The notes: generated by a model not told the origin, from the letters alone. A stretch of DNA of 64,000 nt from Candidatus Eiseniibacteriota bacterium (GCA_041946735.1 JBHGAY010000012.1:72247-136246); one strand, 5' to 3'. Positions 1-10,166 are shown, counted from the first letter of the stretch. Program-made: numbers and translations.

Positions 1-3000
1 CCGGCCCAGAACTTCGATGACGCCTTCGTCTGGATCGCGCACGCGGAGGACTTCTTCTACGAGACCGAGCCCGGCCTGGCGGACTACCTCATCAAGAGCA
101 CGTTCGTCCAGGGTCCGGTCGAGTGGCGCGTCCTCGCGACCGACTCGGCCTGCAACACGAACTCCGGCCAGACCGACTTCGTGACGGCGACCGTCGACCT
201 CACCTGCCCCAGCGTCTGGGACTACGCGGTCGACAAGCCGACCCGGATCGTCGTGCCTGGCGAGGAGATGAACTTCACCGTGTTCCTGAAGGACGCCGAG
301 AGCGACGTCCGGACGGTCACGCTCCTGGGCGTTACGGATCCCGGAACGCCGGACGAGCATCGCTACGTCATCGCGACGGGCGAGCTGCTCCCGGTCGTCG
401 AGGGCGAGAACGTCTTCGATCTCGGTGGGCCGAACACGCAGTGGAAGTTCACCGCGACCTGGGCGTTCCCGGACGTCGTCTACAAGGACACCCCGCTTGA
501 GATCTGGGTGGTCCGCGGCGACGTCGCCGGCAACACCTGCGGCGAGAACGAGCGGATCGATCTGATCACGGTCCAGGACCTCGTTCCGCCGGACAACACG
601 AAGATCGTCTACATCGCCGGCCAGGTCGCCTTGAGCGACGACCCGGCGGACTCGGTCGCCTACGACGGTGGCCTGCCCGAGCTGCTCGAGAACGACAACG
701 TCTGGGTGAACCGCGATGGCGGCCTCATCTACACGCCGTTCGGCGGCAACGGCGACAACGACGACTACCTGGTCAGCGAAGGCTGGACGCCCGGTGTCGA
801 GAACAACACCGAGGCGGACATCTTCACGCTGGGTGACGAGCTGGCAACCTATCCGCGCGAAGTGAACGAGGGGTACATGGGCAACCCGGCGGCCAACCCG
901 CCGCGCGTCGCTCGTCTCGTGACCCTCGTCGCCCGCACCTGGGCGGATGACCAGAGCTTCGGCGCAGCGGACGACGGGATCGCGAAGGTGATCTTCCTCG
1001 TCCGTCCGTTCGGCGAGACTCAGGCCGACACCCTGTCGAAGGACGAGTACCAGCCGTTCTACCCGCTCTATCTGTGGCACGCCTTCTGGAACACGCAGGC
1101 GACGCTCGATGACGGCGTCACCCCGATCTATCCGGACGGCGACTACGAGATCGCGGCGTACGGCGTCGACTCCTCCGGCAACGTCGAGGACACGGCGGCT
1201 CTCGAGTGGACCCGGGTCACGGTGGACAACACCCCGCCGGTCGCCACGATGGACGCCGATCCGACGACGGAGACGGTCGAGCAGACCCCGACTCCGATCG
1301 ACATCGAGCGGAACAGCGCGTTCCTGCTCTTCGCCCGGATCCTGCCGGAGAACCCGATCAACGACGACGCGGCGACCTTCTTCTTCAAGAGGACGCGCGA
1401 TCTGAACATGGCGGGGAGCTGGCTGCAGATCCCGGCGGTCGACGATCCGAACACTCCGATCAACGAGAACTGGGCGCGCGGTCCCGAGGACGGCAATCCC
1501 GACGACACGCGTCCGTACAGCTTCAACCTCGATCTCGGGAAGTCGATGGATCCCGTGGACTTCCTGCACTGGCTGAACGATCCGAACACCGCGCCGAAGC
1601 CCGGCCCGCTGCACGTCGGCGAGCAGTATGACTTCGTCGCGGCGGCGTCCGACCTGCTGGGGAACACCACCTCGCACCTCGACGCCTTCGCCGACAGCCT
1701 GTGGGTCCGGATCCGGATCGTCGACACGATCGCTCCGATCATGACCATCACGGCCGTGGAGCGGAACATCGGTCAGACCGACCGGATCGAGAACCCGGAT
1801 CAGGTCCATGCCCAGTCGTTCGCCTACCTCGAGGCCAAGAACCTCGACGGCATGACCGACCTGGACGACGTCTTCTTCGTCTATCGCCCGCAGGGCGGGA
1901 CGGACTGGACGCTCCTCGACGGCACGCTCGAAGAGCTCGGGGACGGCAGCTGGCAGATCGGTCCGTGGGATCTCGCGGCTCTCGAGCACAACGCGTGGTA
2001 CGAGGTGGCGGCGATTGGCGTCGACGACGTCGGCAACCAGTCCGACCCGAGCGACGACGCGACGCCGAAGCTCCTCGTCTACGTCGACTACGAGGCGCCG
2101 GACAACTACGCCTTCACGCACCCGGCGATCGACGCGACCGACCTCTGCGACTGGTACACCGGTGGGCTGCAGGGCGTGAAGCTCTACGACCTCGCGGTTG
2201 CGGACGCGGATGACGTCGAGAACGTCGACACGTGGGACATCGTTTTCGAGTACAAGCCGAGCTCGGCGATCGACGAGCCGGGCAACTGGACGACCGTGCC
2301 GACGGGCGGCGAGAACCTCCCGGATCACCCGGTCATCCATGACGACGGCACGAACAGCTGGTGGCAGAAGTGGGAGATCCAGGATCTGAGCACCGACCTC
2401 TACGACATCCGCGCGACCATCGAGGATGTCGCCGGGAACGTGTCGGTCCTCGGTCTCACCCGCCTCGGCTACGACAACGACGAGCCGACCGACGTCGCGA
2501 TCAGCCGGATCGAGACGGTCGAGGGCGGCGACATCGAGTTCCATCCGGACGGCCTGACCGACATCGCGGCGGGGACCGTCGTCCGGGTCTGCGCTTCCGC
2601 GAAGGACGACGAACTGAACCTGCCCGAGGACCGGGAGACCGGCGTCGCGCAGTTCGTGTTCGAGGCGTCCCGCGACGGTGGCGTGACCTGGTACGACCTC
2701 GGTCTCGCCGAGGCGGCTCAGGACGCAAACGACCCGACCGACTACACCGCTTGCCTCGACTGGAACACCACGGGCCTGGCTCCGGGGACTCTCCTCTGGG
2801 TCGGCGTCACGGCGGTGGACGAGTGCGGCAACGACAGCGGCCGGATCATCTACCAGATGCGGATCAGCGACATCATCCCGCCGACGGCCCGGATCGTCTG
2901 CTTCGACCCGGATCAGCAGCCGCACGGCGAGAATCCGCCGACCTGTGTCAAGATCTACGCCCTCGCGGAGTCCGATCCGGACATCGCCGGCGTGATCTTC

Positions 3001-5859
3001 CAGTACGACACGGTTGACGGGGACGAGAACCACGAGTGGGTGAACATCGGAGTGGGCGAGCCGGTCAGCGGTGTGAACGGCGGCGGCGCGCCGACCACCG
3101 AGGTCCTGTGGTGGGCGTCTCTCCAGACGACCTCCCTCGACCCGGCCGTCACCCAGTACTGGCTGCGGGCGATCGCGAAGGACGAGGTCGGGAACCAGTA
3201 CGGCGATTCGCCGGACGAGGTCGTCCCGATGATGCTCGCCTCTCTCGTGACCCTGCCGGACGGCTCGATGACCTTCGAGCCGGCCCGTACGACCACCCAT
3301 GCGGTCGATAACGTCTCGGTCCAGGTCGAGAGCGCGACGCGCGTCATCCTCACCGTGAAGATGGCGGACAGCGTCGAGCGTCCTCGCGTGGTCGTGCTCG
3401 CGGAGCAGCCGTACCTCGAGTCCGGCGACTTCTGCCTGCACAACAACGAGGCGTGGATCTACTCGGCCGGCACCGACGGCGACTACAACCTGCTCCGGTC
3501 CAACGACGACCCGACGGTCTGGCGCGGCGAGATCCATCTGGAAGCGGAAGGCTGCTACCAGTATTCGATCTGCGTGACCGGTACGGACGAAGGCCTCCTC
3601 GTCGACCACGTCGGCGTGGCGGTCAACCAGTACCCGGTCTCGGCTGCGCTCGGAACGAACGGCACCGTCGTGACGCCGGGCTATGAGGACCTCGAGAGCC
3701 GCGTGACGATCGTCTCCGGCGCCATCGAGGGTGAGGATTGCCTGCTCGTCAGCCCGACCCTCCCGCCGACGCTCGACCAGGACCAGGCGGTCTACCTGGA
3801 GCCGGTCGCGGACTCGGCGTGGCACATCGAGCTGATCGGCGGCAACTTCTCCGACTTCGCAACCGGGTATCACCCGACCGTGGTCATCGCCTACGACCAG
3901 GCGGCCGTCGATGCGGCGCTCGCCGGTAGCAACGGCGCGGTGACCGAGGACATGCTGACCGTCCGCCGCTGGAACCCGGACACGGGTAGCTGGTCGGGCA
4001 ACGGAATCAGCGCCATCCGGGTCAACACGGAAGCGAACACGATCAGCTTCGCCGTCGACAACCTGTCGTCGGCTCTCGACTGCATCAACGACCTGCTGAA
4101 GAGCGACGGCGAGGGCGGCTCGAGCTGCTCCGAGGGGAACATCTTCCAGGTGTTCGCTCCGAAGAGCGCGGCGCCGGTCTTCGTCTACAGCTTCTTCCCG
4201 CACAGCGCCTATCTGAGCGACTGGTGGACCGACGCCGACCCGATCGTCAGCGCCTACTTGAACGATCTCGGCGGACAGGGCATCGACCCGACCACAGTGA
4301 AGGTCCTGATCGACGGCCGTATCGTGGCGAACATGTTCCCCGCGGGCGGCGGAGAGGCGGACTACTTCTGGGGCGAGGGCCATGCCGAGATCTGGGCGGC
4401 GAACGAGGAAGGCACCGTCTGGGAGCTCGAGTACACGCACTCCCGTCTGCAGCGTGACTGGCTGACGGAGGGACAGCACACCTTCACGGTCCAGTACCGC
4501 TCGTACGGGACGTCGGACGAGACGAGCGTCGACACTCCGTTCTTCGTCGACCTCACCGCTCCGCAGCTCGCGTTCCACGGCGGCTGGATCGGCAACCCGC
4601 TGCTCCAGAACCTGGCCGGCTACATCGACGGTGGTCCGAACTCGATTCTGACCGTCTCGATGTACGACGGCGGCTCCGGTATCTTCGTCCGGCCCGAGCG
4701 GCAGGAGTTCCTGCCGGACCTCGACTGCGATGAGTACATCGACAGCGAGGACCTCTACGAGGAGCCGGTCTGGACGCCCGATAGCGGCTGCTGGCAGGCG
4801 GTCGACTTCGGGATCAAGTACGACCTCTGGCTGGTCCATTACGAGGACGACCAGCACGACATCGACGAGTTCGAAGAGAGGGTTCTGCTGCACCAGGGCA
4901 CGGCGGACGAGATCCTGCCGTACCTGCAGCCGGCTCTCTACGGAACGGGCGAGACCTACGATCCGACCGACACGCTGCTGGTCAGACTGCCGATCGTCGG
5001 CGGCGGCCGGATCCAGGAAGGGGACATCCTCGAGGTCACCGTCTACACGTTGAAGCACATCACGTCCGACGGTCCCGGCTTCGGCTGCGACTTTGCGGAC
5101 ACGGTGGGCATCGGTGACACGAACCTCCTGCTGCAGAACTGCTGGTTCGATTGGTCTGCAGAGGAGCTGCATGTCTACGACATGGGTGTTCTCGATCAGG
5201 TGCGGAACAGCGGAAGCAAGTTCATCGAGCAGCGGTTCGTTGTCGACATGCTGCCGCCCGCCTGCACCATCGTCCTGCCGGGCGCGACGCAGGATCCGAA
5301 CCAGGACATGATCATCGATGTCACGGTCTCGGATCTCGGCGTCGGTCTCGATGTGACGAACCCGACGGTCCGAGTGGTCGGTCCCGACGGCTCTCAGATC
5401 GCGGTCCAGAACCTCGTGGTCACGGGCAACCGGATCACGGGCAAGGTCCCCGCGCCTCTGCAGACCGGCGAGTACACGATCACCGTGACCGCGTCGGATC
5501 GTCTCGGGCATGTCTGCACGACGACGAAGACGGTCCGGGTCGAAGCGGCTCAGCTCACCCTGACCGAGGCGTACAGCTACCCGAACCCGTTCGATCCTGG
5601 TCATGGCGACGTCGTCCTGAACTTCGCCGTGAGCAAGACGAGCGACGTGACCATCAAGGTCTATGACTTCGCCGGCAACTTCGTGACGAACATCGCGACC
5701 AACCGTCAGGTGCACCCCGGTGATGCTCCCATCACCTGGGGCGGCACCAACTCGGAAGGCCAGCCGCTGGCGAATGGCGCTTACATCGTCCGTGTCGTCG
5801 CCACTGACGGCGCTCGGACGGAGCAGGCGAACCTCAAGGTGGTCATCTGGAGGGAGTAG
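1..5859 (+). CDS. Giant acidic secreted multi-Ig-like-domain surface protein with C-terminal FlgD-Ig/T9SS-type sorting domain (5'-partial, >1950 aa)
   Basis: Frame is open from base 1 (ccg gcc cag aac...), so the start lies upstream of the window. Repeated Ig-like strand motifs D-x-x-G-N (DVAGN, DSSGN, DLLGN, DDVGN, DECGN, DEVGN) are followed by V/I-D-x-x-x-P. C-terminus AYSYPNPF...IKVYDFAGNFV...WGGTNSEGQPLANGAYIVRV...KVVIWRE. Confidence 0.85.
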   Translation, partial: PAQNFDDAFVWIAHAEDFFYETEPGLADYLIKSTFVQGPVEWRVLATDSACNTNSGQTDFVTATVDLTCPSVWDYAVDKPTRIVVPGEEMNFTVFLKDAESDVRTVTLLGVTDPGTPDEHRYVIATGELLPVVEGENVFDLGGPNTQWKFTATWAFPDVVYKDTPLEIWVVRGDVAGNTCGENERIDLITVQDLVPPDNTKIVYIAGQVALSDDPADSVAYDGGLPELLENDNVWVNRDGGLIYTPFGGNGDNDDYLVSEGWTPGVENNTEADIFTLGDELATYPREVNEGYMGNPAANPPRVARLVTLVARTWADDQSFGAADDGIAKVIFLVRPFGETQADTLSKDEYQPFYPLYLWHAFWNTQATLDDGVTPIYPDGDYEIAAYGVDSSGNVEDTAALEWTRVTVDNTPPVATMDADPTTETVEQTPTPIDIERNSAFLLFARILPENPINDDAATFFFKRTRDLNMAGSWLQIPAVDDPNTPINENWARGPEDGNPDDTRPYSFNLDLGKSMDPVDFLHWLNDPNTAPKPGPLHVGEQYDFVAAASDLLGNTTSHLDAFADSLWVRIRIVDTIAPIMTITAVERNIGQTDRIENPDQVHAQSFAYLEAKNLDGMTDLDDVFFVYRPQGGTDWTLLDGTLEELGDGSWQIGPWDLAALEHNAWYEVAAIGVDDVGNQSDPSDDATPKLLVYVDYEAPDNYAFTHPAIDATDLCDWYTGGLQGVKLYDLAVADADDVENVDTWDIVFEYKPSSAIDEPGNWTTVPTGGENLPDHPVIHDDGTNSWWQKWEIQDLSTDLYDIRATIEDVAGNVSVLGLTRLGYDNDEPTDVAISRIETVEGGDIEFHPDGLTDIAAGTVVRVCASAKDDELNLPEDRETGVAQFVFEASRDGGVTWYDLGLAEAAQDANDPTDYTACLDWNTTGLAPGTLLWVGVTAVDECGNDSGRIIYQMRISDIIPPTARIVCFDPDQQPHGENPPTCVKIYALAESDPDIAGVIFQYDTVDGDENHEWVNIGVGEPVSGVNGGGAPTTEVLWWASLQTTSLDPAVTQYWLRAIAKDEVGNQYGDSPDEVVPMMLASLVTLPDGSMTFEPARTTTHAVDNVSVQVESATRVILTVKMADSVERPRVVVLAEQPYLESGDFCLHNNEAWIYSAGTDGDYNLLRSNDDPTVWRGEIHLEAEGCYQYSICVTGTDEGLLVDHVGVAVNQYPVSAALGTNGTVVTPGYEDLESRVTIVSGAIEGEDCLLVSPTLPPTLDQDQAVYLEPVADSAWHIELIGGNFSDFATGYHPTVVIAYDQAAVDAALAGSNGAVTEDMLTVRRWNPDTGSWSGNGISAIRVNTEANTISFAVDNLSSALDCINDLLKSDGEGGSSCSEGNIFQVFAPKSAAPVFVYSFFPHSAYLSDWWTDADPIVSAYLNDLGGQGIDPTTVKVLIDGRIVANMFPAGGGEADYFWGEGHAEIWAANEEGTVWELEYTHSRLQRDWLTEGQHTFTVQYRSYGTSDETSVDTPFFVDLTAPQLAFHGGWIGNPLLQNLAGYIDGGPNSILTVSMYDGGSGIFVRPERQEFLPDLDCDEYIDSEDLYEEPVWTPDSGCWQAVDFGIKYDLWLVHYEDDQHDIDEFEERVLLHQGTADEILPYLQPALYGTGETYDPTDTLLVRLPIVGGGRIQEGDILEVTVYTLKHITSDGPGFGCDFADTVGIGDTNLLLQNCWFDWSAEELHVYDMGVLDQVRNSGSKFIEQRFVVDMLPPACTIVLPGATQDPNQDMIIDVTVSDLGVGLDVTNPTVRVVGPDGSQIAVQNLVVTGNRITGKVPAPLQTGEYTITVTASDRLGHVCTTTKTVRVEAAQLTLTEAYSYPNPFDPGHGDVVLNFAVSKTSDVTIKVYDFAGNFVTNIATNRQVHPGDAPITWGGTNSEGQPLANGAYIVRVVATDGARTEQANLKVVIWRE

Positions 5860-5870
5860 CGGGTGAGAAG

Positions 5871-5898
5871 GCGGGGGGAGGACCCTTCCTCCCCCCGC
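5871..5898 (+). other. Perfect 12-bp GC hairpin without U-tract in the cargo/porV intergenic region
   Basis: gcggggggagga-ccct-tcctccccccgc. Confidence 0.7.
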
Positions 5899-5959
5899 GA
5901 TCTCGCATCTTCGACTTCGGACGAGTGAACGACGACGGGTTCAACAAGGAGGTAAGGAC

Positions 5960-7591
5960 ATGGTGAGTCTGAAGCGAGGAACGATCCTGACCCTCGTGGT
6001 CTTGACGGGATCGATCCTCCTCACTGGGCTCGCGTGGGCCGCCAGCGACAGCAACGGGAACCATAATGCTCCCTACCTGCGCATGGGCGTCGGTGCACGG
6101 GCCCTGGGAATGGGGGGCGCCTACGTCGCGGTCGCCAACGACCTGACGGCAGGCTACTGGAACCCGGCCGGCCTCGCCTGGACCAACGGATGGCAGGTCG
6201 GCGGGATGTTCTCGAGCGGAATGGACGTCGATCGGAAGTACAACCAGATCGGCGCGTCGTATGGCGGAAGCTGGGGCGCGATCGGGTTCAACTGGCTCAA
6301 CGCCGGCATGACCGACATTCCCCAGCGCAACGCGACGGGCGGGGACATGGGCACGTTCGACTTCTCGGACAATGCCTTCATGCTCTCGCTTGCGAAGGGT
6401 TTCGATATCGCGTCCTTTGGGATCACCGGCAAGTACCTGCGTGAGGGGCTCGACGCGAACATTCCGGGCGACGACAACGTCAACGGGTACGGAATCGACC
6501 TCGGTTTCGGCCTCGCTCTGATGGATCAGGTGCGCCTCGGGTTCGCGGTGCAGGACATCGCCGGGTCGCTGGGCAACGCGGACGAAGACGAAGTCGACGA
6601 CATCCCCACGAACCTGCGCGCCGGCCTGATGGTCGGGCCGATTCCGGGGCTGACGGCGGCGTTCGACGTCGAGAAGACCCAGGACGACGACGACTACAAG
6701 TTCCATCTTGGCGGCGAGTACCGGATGCCTCTCTCCGAGGACTTCGGTGCCGCGGTCCGGCTGGGGCTCAACGACGGGGAGTTCGCGGCGGGGTTCGGGC
6801 TGAAGTTCCGGTTCCTCGAGGCGGACTACGCGTACGTCAACGACCAGCAGGACTTCCTGAACGAGAACCATCGCTTCTCCGTCGCCCTGAAGTTCGGCGA
6901 GGAGGAGATGATGATGACCGGTCCGGGGGCGATGCGCGACACCGATCGGGACGGGATCCCCGATGACGTGGATCAGTGCCCGACGCTCGCGGAAGACCTC
7001 GACGGCTTCATGGACAACGACGGCTGCCCCGACCCGGACAACGACGGCGACGGCATCCCGGACATCAATGACAACTGCCCGAACCAGGCGGAAGACATGG
7101 ATGGCTGGCAGGACGCCGACGGTTGCCCGGACGTCGACAACGACGGCGACGGCATCCTCGACAAGGACGACAAGTGCCCGAACGTCGCCGAGGACGTCAA
7201 CGGCTACCAGGACGACGACGGCTGCCCGGACGGCGGGCAGGCGAACGCGGGGATCCCGGTTCTCGCATACATCAACTTCAAGTACGACAGCGCGGAGATC
7301 AGCGGCGCCGATCCGATCCCGGTCCTCGAGGACGTGGCTCGGATCATGCGGGAGCGCCCCGATCTGCGGCTGAAGATCACGGGACACACCGACTCGACCG
7401 GCAGCGACCAGTACAACATGAAGCTGTCGATGCGCCGGGCCGATGCGATCAAGGACTATCTGGTCAAGAGGGGCGTGTCTGCGGACCGGATGGTCACCGA
7501 GGGGAAGGGCGAGAGCCAGCCGGTGGATACGAACGACACCGATCTCGGCCGCGCCCGCAACCGCCGGATCGAGTTCCAGGTCCTGCAATAG
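5960..7591 (+). CDS. PorV/PorQ-family outer-membrane beta-barrel fused to thrombospondin type-3 (Ca-binding) repeats and an OmpA-like peptidoglycan-binding domain
   Basis: Signal peptide; PorV-family N-motif YLRMGVGARALGMGGAYVAVANDLTAGYWNPAGL; DxDxDGIxDxxDxCP repeats (~6938-7235); OmpA motifs GHTDSTGSDQYNMKLSMRRA and RARNRRIEF; RBS AAGGAGGT. Confidence 0.9.
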   Translation: MVSLKRGTILTLVVLTGSILLTGLAWAASDSNGNHNAPYLRMGVGARALGMGGAYVAVANDLTAGYWNPAGLAWTNGWQVGGMFSSGMDVDRKYNQIGASYGGSWGAIGFNWLNAGMTDIPQRNATGGDMGTFDFSDNAFMLSLAKGFDIASFGITGKYLREGLDANIPGDDNVNGYGIDLGFGLALMDQVRLGFAVQDIAGSLGNADEDEVDDIPTNLRAGLMVGPIPGLTAAFDVEKTQDDDDYKFHLGGEYRMPLSEDFGAAVRLGLNDGEFAAGFGLKFRFLEADYAYVNDQQDFLNENHRFSVALKFGEEEMMMTGPGAMRDTDRDGIPDDVDQCPTLAEDLDGFMDNDGCPDPDNDGDGIPDINDNCPNQAEDMDGWQDADGCPDVDNDGDGILDKDDKCPNVAEDVNGYQDDDGCPDGGQANAGIPVLAYINFKYDSAEISGADPIPVLEDVARIMRERPDLRLKITGHTDSTGSDQYNMKLSMRRADAIKDYLVKRGVSADRMVTEGKGESQPVDTNDTDLGRARNRRIEFQVLQ

Positions 7592-7651
7592 GCAGACCGG
7601 ACACGATCCGTGCGGCCGGCCCGTAAGGGGCCGGACCTCGAGAACCCGTCG

Positions 7652-7684
7652 AGGCCCCATGGGAGCGATCCCATGGGGCCTTTC
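7652..7684 (+). terminator. Intrinsic terminator after porV-ompA
   Basis: aggccccatggga-gcga-tcccatggggcct followed by tt; short U-tract. Confidence 0.65.
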
Positions 7685-7862
7685 GCACACCCCGGCGATG
7701 CTTTCACCGAGCCTGGGCGCGTGTGCGGTGGTGCGGAGGGGCGGAGGGCGTTCTGCAACGGGGGGCGGATCGTGCATGGCGGGAGGGCGGAATGCATCGC
7801 TCCCGGGCGTTGGCAAGGCGACCGCCCGACGATAGGGCAGGCAGTTACCGTGGCGGGCGGTT

Positions 7863-7878
7863 TGGAACGGCCCCTGCT
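7863..7878 (+). promoter_or_regulatory. Sigma54 (-24/-12) promoter upstream of pilin
   Basis: TGGAACG-GCCC-CTGCT matches TGGCACG-N4-TTGC with exact GG/GC spacing, ~40 nt before the pilin ATG. Confidence 0.65.
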
Positions 7879-7916
7879 ACGAGTAGGCTGGGGTCCGATC
7901 ACTCTGGGGGCGCGCC

Positions 7917-8312
7917 ATGCAACTGCGGGCGGATCCGAAGTCGAGCGGCAAGGCCCGGCAGGGTGGCTTCACCCTGATCGAGCTCGTCATCGTCGTCACC
8001 ATCCTCGGGATTCTCGCGTCGCTCGCGGTTCCGAACTACATGCGGGCACGCGAGCGCGCCCGGCGAGCCTCGTGCTTCTCCAACCAGAGTCATCTGCTGC
8101 TGGCGGGCTCCCTCTACGCCGCCGACCACAAGGTCTGGAACGAGGTGGTCAACAGCGGCACCCTCTGGACCCTGGGTTACGTCGGCGAGAGATGCGGCGA
8201 CTGCCCCGACGACCTGGTGGAGAACGAGGGCGACTACGACGTGACGATCGCCGACGGTCAGCCGATCTCGGTGCAATGCCTGGTCAATCCGGCGGAGCAT
8301 CAGCTTCACTAG
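7917..8312 (+). CDS. Type IV pilin/pseudopilin with prepilin N-terminal cleavage/methylation motif
   Basis: G|FTLIELVIVVTILGILASLAVPNY, RARRASCFSNQ; four Cys. Confidence 0.9.
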   Translation: MQLRADPKSSGKARQGGFTLIELVIVVTILGILASLAVPNYMRARERARRASCFSNQSHLLLAGSLYAADHKVWNEVVNSGTLWTLGYVGERCGDCPDDLVENEGDYDVTIADGQPISVQCLVNPAEHQLH

Positions 8313-8449
8313 GCGCCGAGCGGACGCCGCGCCGAGGCGGCGCCACCGCGAGCGGCTGCCCGGAAGCTTGACGTCCCGTCTCGCTCGTTCTGACGTCCCG
8401 ACCGTCCCTACCTGCAAGGCCGCGTCCGTCAAGGATCGCCCGGCTCGCC

Positions 8450-8478
8450 TTGACACCCCCGGAACCCCGACCTATCGT
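8450..8478 (+). promoter_or_regulatory. Sigma70-type promoter ahead of small gene and rib operon
   Basis: TTGACA-17 bp-TATCGT. Confidence 0.6.
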
Positions 8479-8556
8479 GCCTCGGATGAATGCGACCCGC
8501 CGCTCGCGCGCGGCTGCCGCGCCCGCGCGTATCCGCCCGTTCGTCGCGAGGGGCCG

Positions 8557-8829
8557 ATGAAGTCGTTCCTGCTCTTCACTCTGCTGTGCATCGTCGTGAT
8601 CCTGCTGCTTCGTTCCTCGCATCGTCGGCAACGCGACGTCGAGGCGCGCCGGCGCCCTCCCACGCCTCCTTCCCGCCGCGAGCCGCCCATCGTCCCACCC
8701 GAGGAGATCGTCGACGTGAAGTTCGAGGAGCGGCCGGAGGGGAGGTCCGGGGCGACGAAAGGCAACGGCGCGTCGCCGGCCGCTCGCGGCGCGGAGCCGG
8801 GGCGTGAGGGGCCGAAGGAGGAGAGCTGA
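8557..8829 (+). CDS. Small single-pass membrane protein (90 aa)
   Basis: RBS GAGGGG; MKSFLLFTLLCIVVILLL followed by a Pro-rich linker and EIVDVKFEE motif. Confidence 0.6.
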   Translation: MKSFLLFTLLCIVVILLLRSSHRRQRDVEARRRPPTPPSRREPPIVPPEEIVDVKFEERPEGRSGATKGNGASPAARGAEPGREGPKEES

Positions 8830-8876
8830 CCGCGCCGGCGCATCGGGAACGGTTCACCGAAGCGGAGAAGAGGGCC

Positions 8877-10088
8877 ATGCGCCGGGCGCTCGCGCTCGCC
8901 GCGCGCGGCCGCGGTCTCGTCTCCCCGAACCCCGCCGTCGGGGCCGTGCTGCTCGACGGAGAGCGGATCGTCGCGGAGGGGCACCACCGCCGTTTCGGAG
9001 GCCCCCATGCAGAAGCCGCGCTGCTCGACCAACTCGAAGGCGGACCGCCGGTCCGGCCTTCCGCCGTCCTGCTCGTGACACTCGAGCCTTGCTCCCACAA
9101 GGGGAAGACCGCCCCCTGCGTCGATCGTCTCCTCGCCTCGCCGATCCGCCGCTTCGTCGTCGCGACGTCCGACCCCAATCCGCTGGTGTCGGGACGGGGC
9201 ATTCGCGCGCTCCGAGCGGACGGAAGGGAAGTTCGCGTGGGGCTCGAAGAGGATCGCGCCCGCGGCTTGAACCTTCCTTTCTTCCTCGCCCAAAGGGAAG
9301 GCCGGGCGATGGTGACGCTGAAGATCGCATCGACTCTCGATGGAAAGGTTGCGGATCGCGGCGGCGGCTCGCGATGGATCACCTCGCCCGCCTCGCGCGC
9401 GCTCGTCTCGCGGCTGCGCTCGCACGCCGACGCGATCGTGATCGGCCATGGCACCGCTCGCCGGGACGATCCGCGGCTCGTCGTCCACGGAGACCCACGC
9501 CGCACCCCCACGCGAATCCTCCTCGATTCGCGACTCGCTTCCGACCCGGATCTGAAGCTCGCCCGGCTGTGGAGGAGGCAGGTGGCCGGTCGAACGGGGG
9601 ACGCCTCTTCGCCCGACCGGCGGGGAAACTGGATCCAGGTCGAGGATCGTGCGGCGGGGCCGGCGCTCCGCTGGCGTTTCGAGCCGCGCCTGATCGCCGT
9701 CGGCGCCGAGCCCACGGCCGCCCGGATCCGCAGCTTCCGGCGCGCGGGGTGGGAAGTGTGGCTCCTGCCCGACCGGAGCGGCCGGCGGGTCGATCTCGCG
9801 AGGCTCGGGCGCGCGGCGGCGCGGGCCGGTCTGCTCGACCTCCTCGTCGAAGGGGGGCCGCGACTTTCCGCCGCTTTCCTCGAGGACGGCCCTCTCGATC
9901 GCCTCCTTCTCTTCCTCGCCCCTCGCGTTCTCGGCCCCGGGCTCGGTTGGAGCGACGCCTGTCCGCCCCGGGAGATCTCCGCTTCGCGCACCCTGGTCGC
10001 GGCCGCTCCTCCACGACGGATCGGCGGCGGCGACCTCCTCCTCGATCTCGTTCCGGGCGGCCCGGTCCGTTCCCGGGCGACGGGATAG
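8877..10088 (+). CDS. ribD: Riboflavin biosynthesis deaminase/reductase
   Basis: PNPAVGAV, HAE, VTLEPCSHKGKTAPC, LKIASTLDG, LLVEGG. Confidence 0.95.
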   Translation: MRRALALAARGRGLVSPNPAVGAVLLDGERIVAEGHHRRFGGPHAEAALLDQLEGGPPVRPSAVLLVTLEPCSHKGKTAPCVDRLLASPIRRFVVATSDPNPLVSGRGIRALRADGREVRVGLEEDRARGLNLPFFLAQREGRAMVTLKIASTLDGKVADRGGGSRWITSPASRALVSRLRSHADAIVIGHGTARRDDPRLVVHGDPRRTPTRILLDSRLASDPDLKLARLWRRQVAGRTGDASSPDRRGNWIQVEDRAAGPALRWRFEPRLIAVGAEPTAARIRSFRRAGWEVWLLPDRSGRRVDLARLGRAAARAGLLDLLVEGGPRLSAAFLEDGPLDRLLLFLAPRVLGPGLGWSDACPPREISASRTLVAAAPPRRIGGGDLLLDLVPGGPVRSRATG

Positions 10089-10166
10089 ACGGGCGGCGCC
10101 GCGGGAAGCGGGGTCCGGCGGGCGGTCCGATACGCTACAGTCTTCGGAAGCGAGAGGGGCGATGCG

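Noticed and set aside
8313..8876. FMN riboswitch
   Set aside because: The conserved RFN sequence blocks were not seen.
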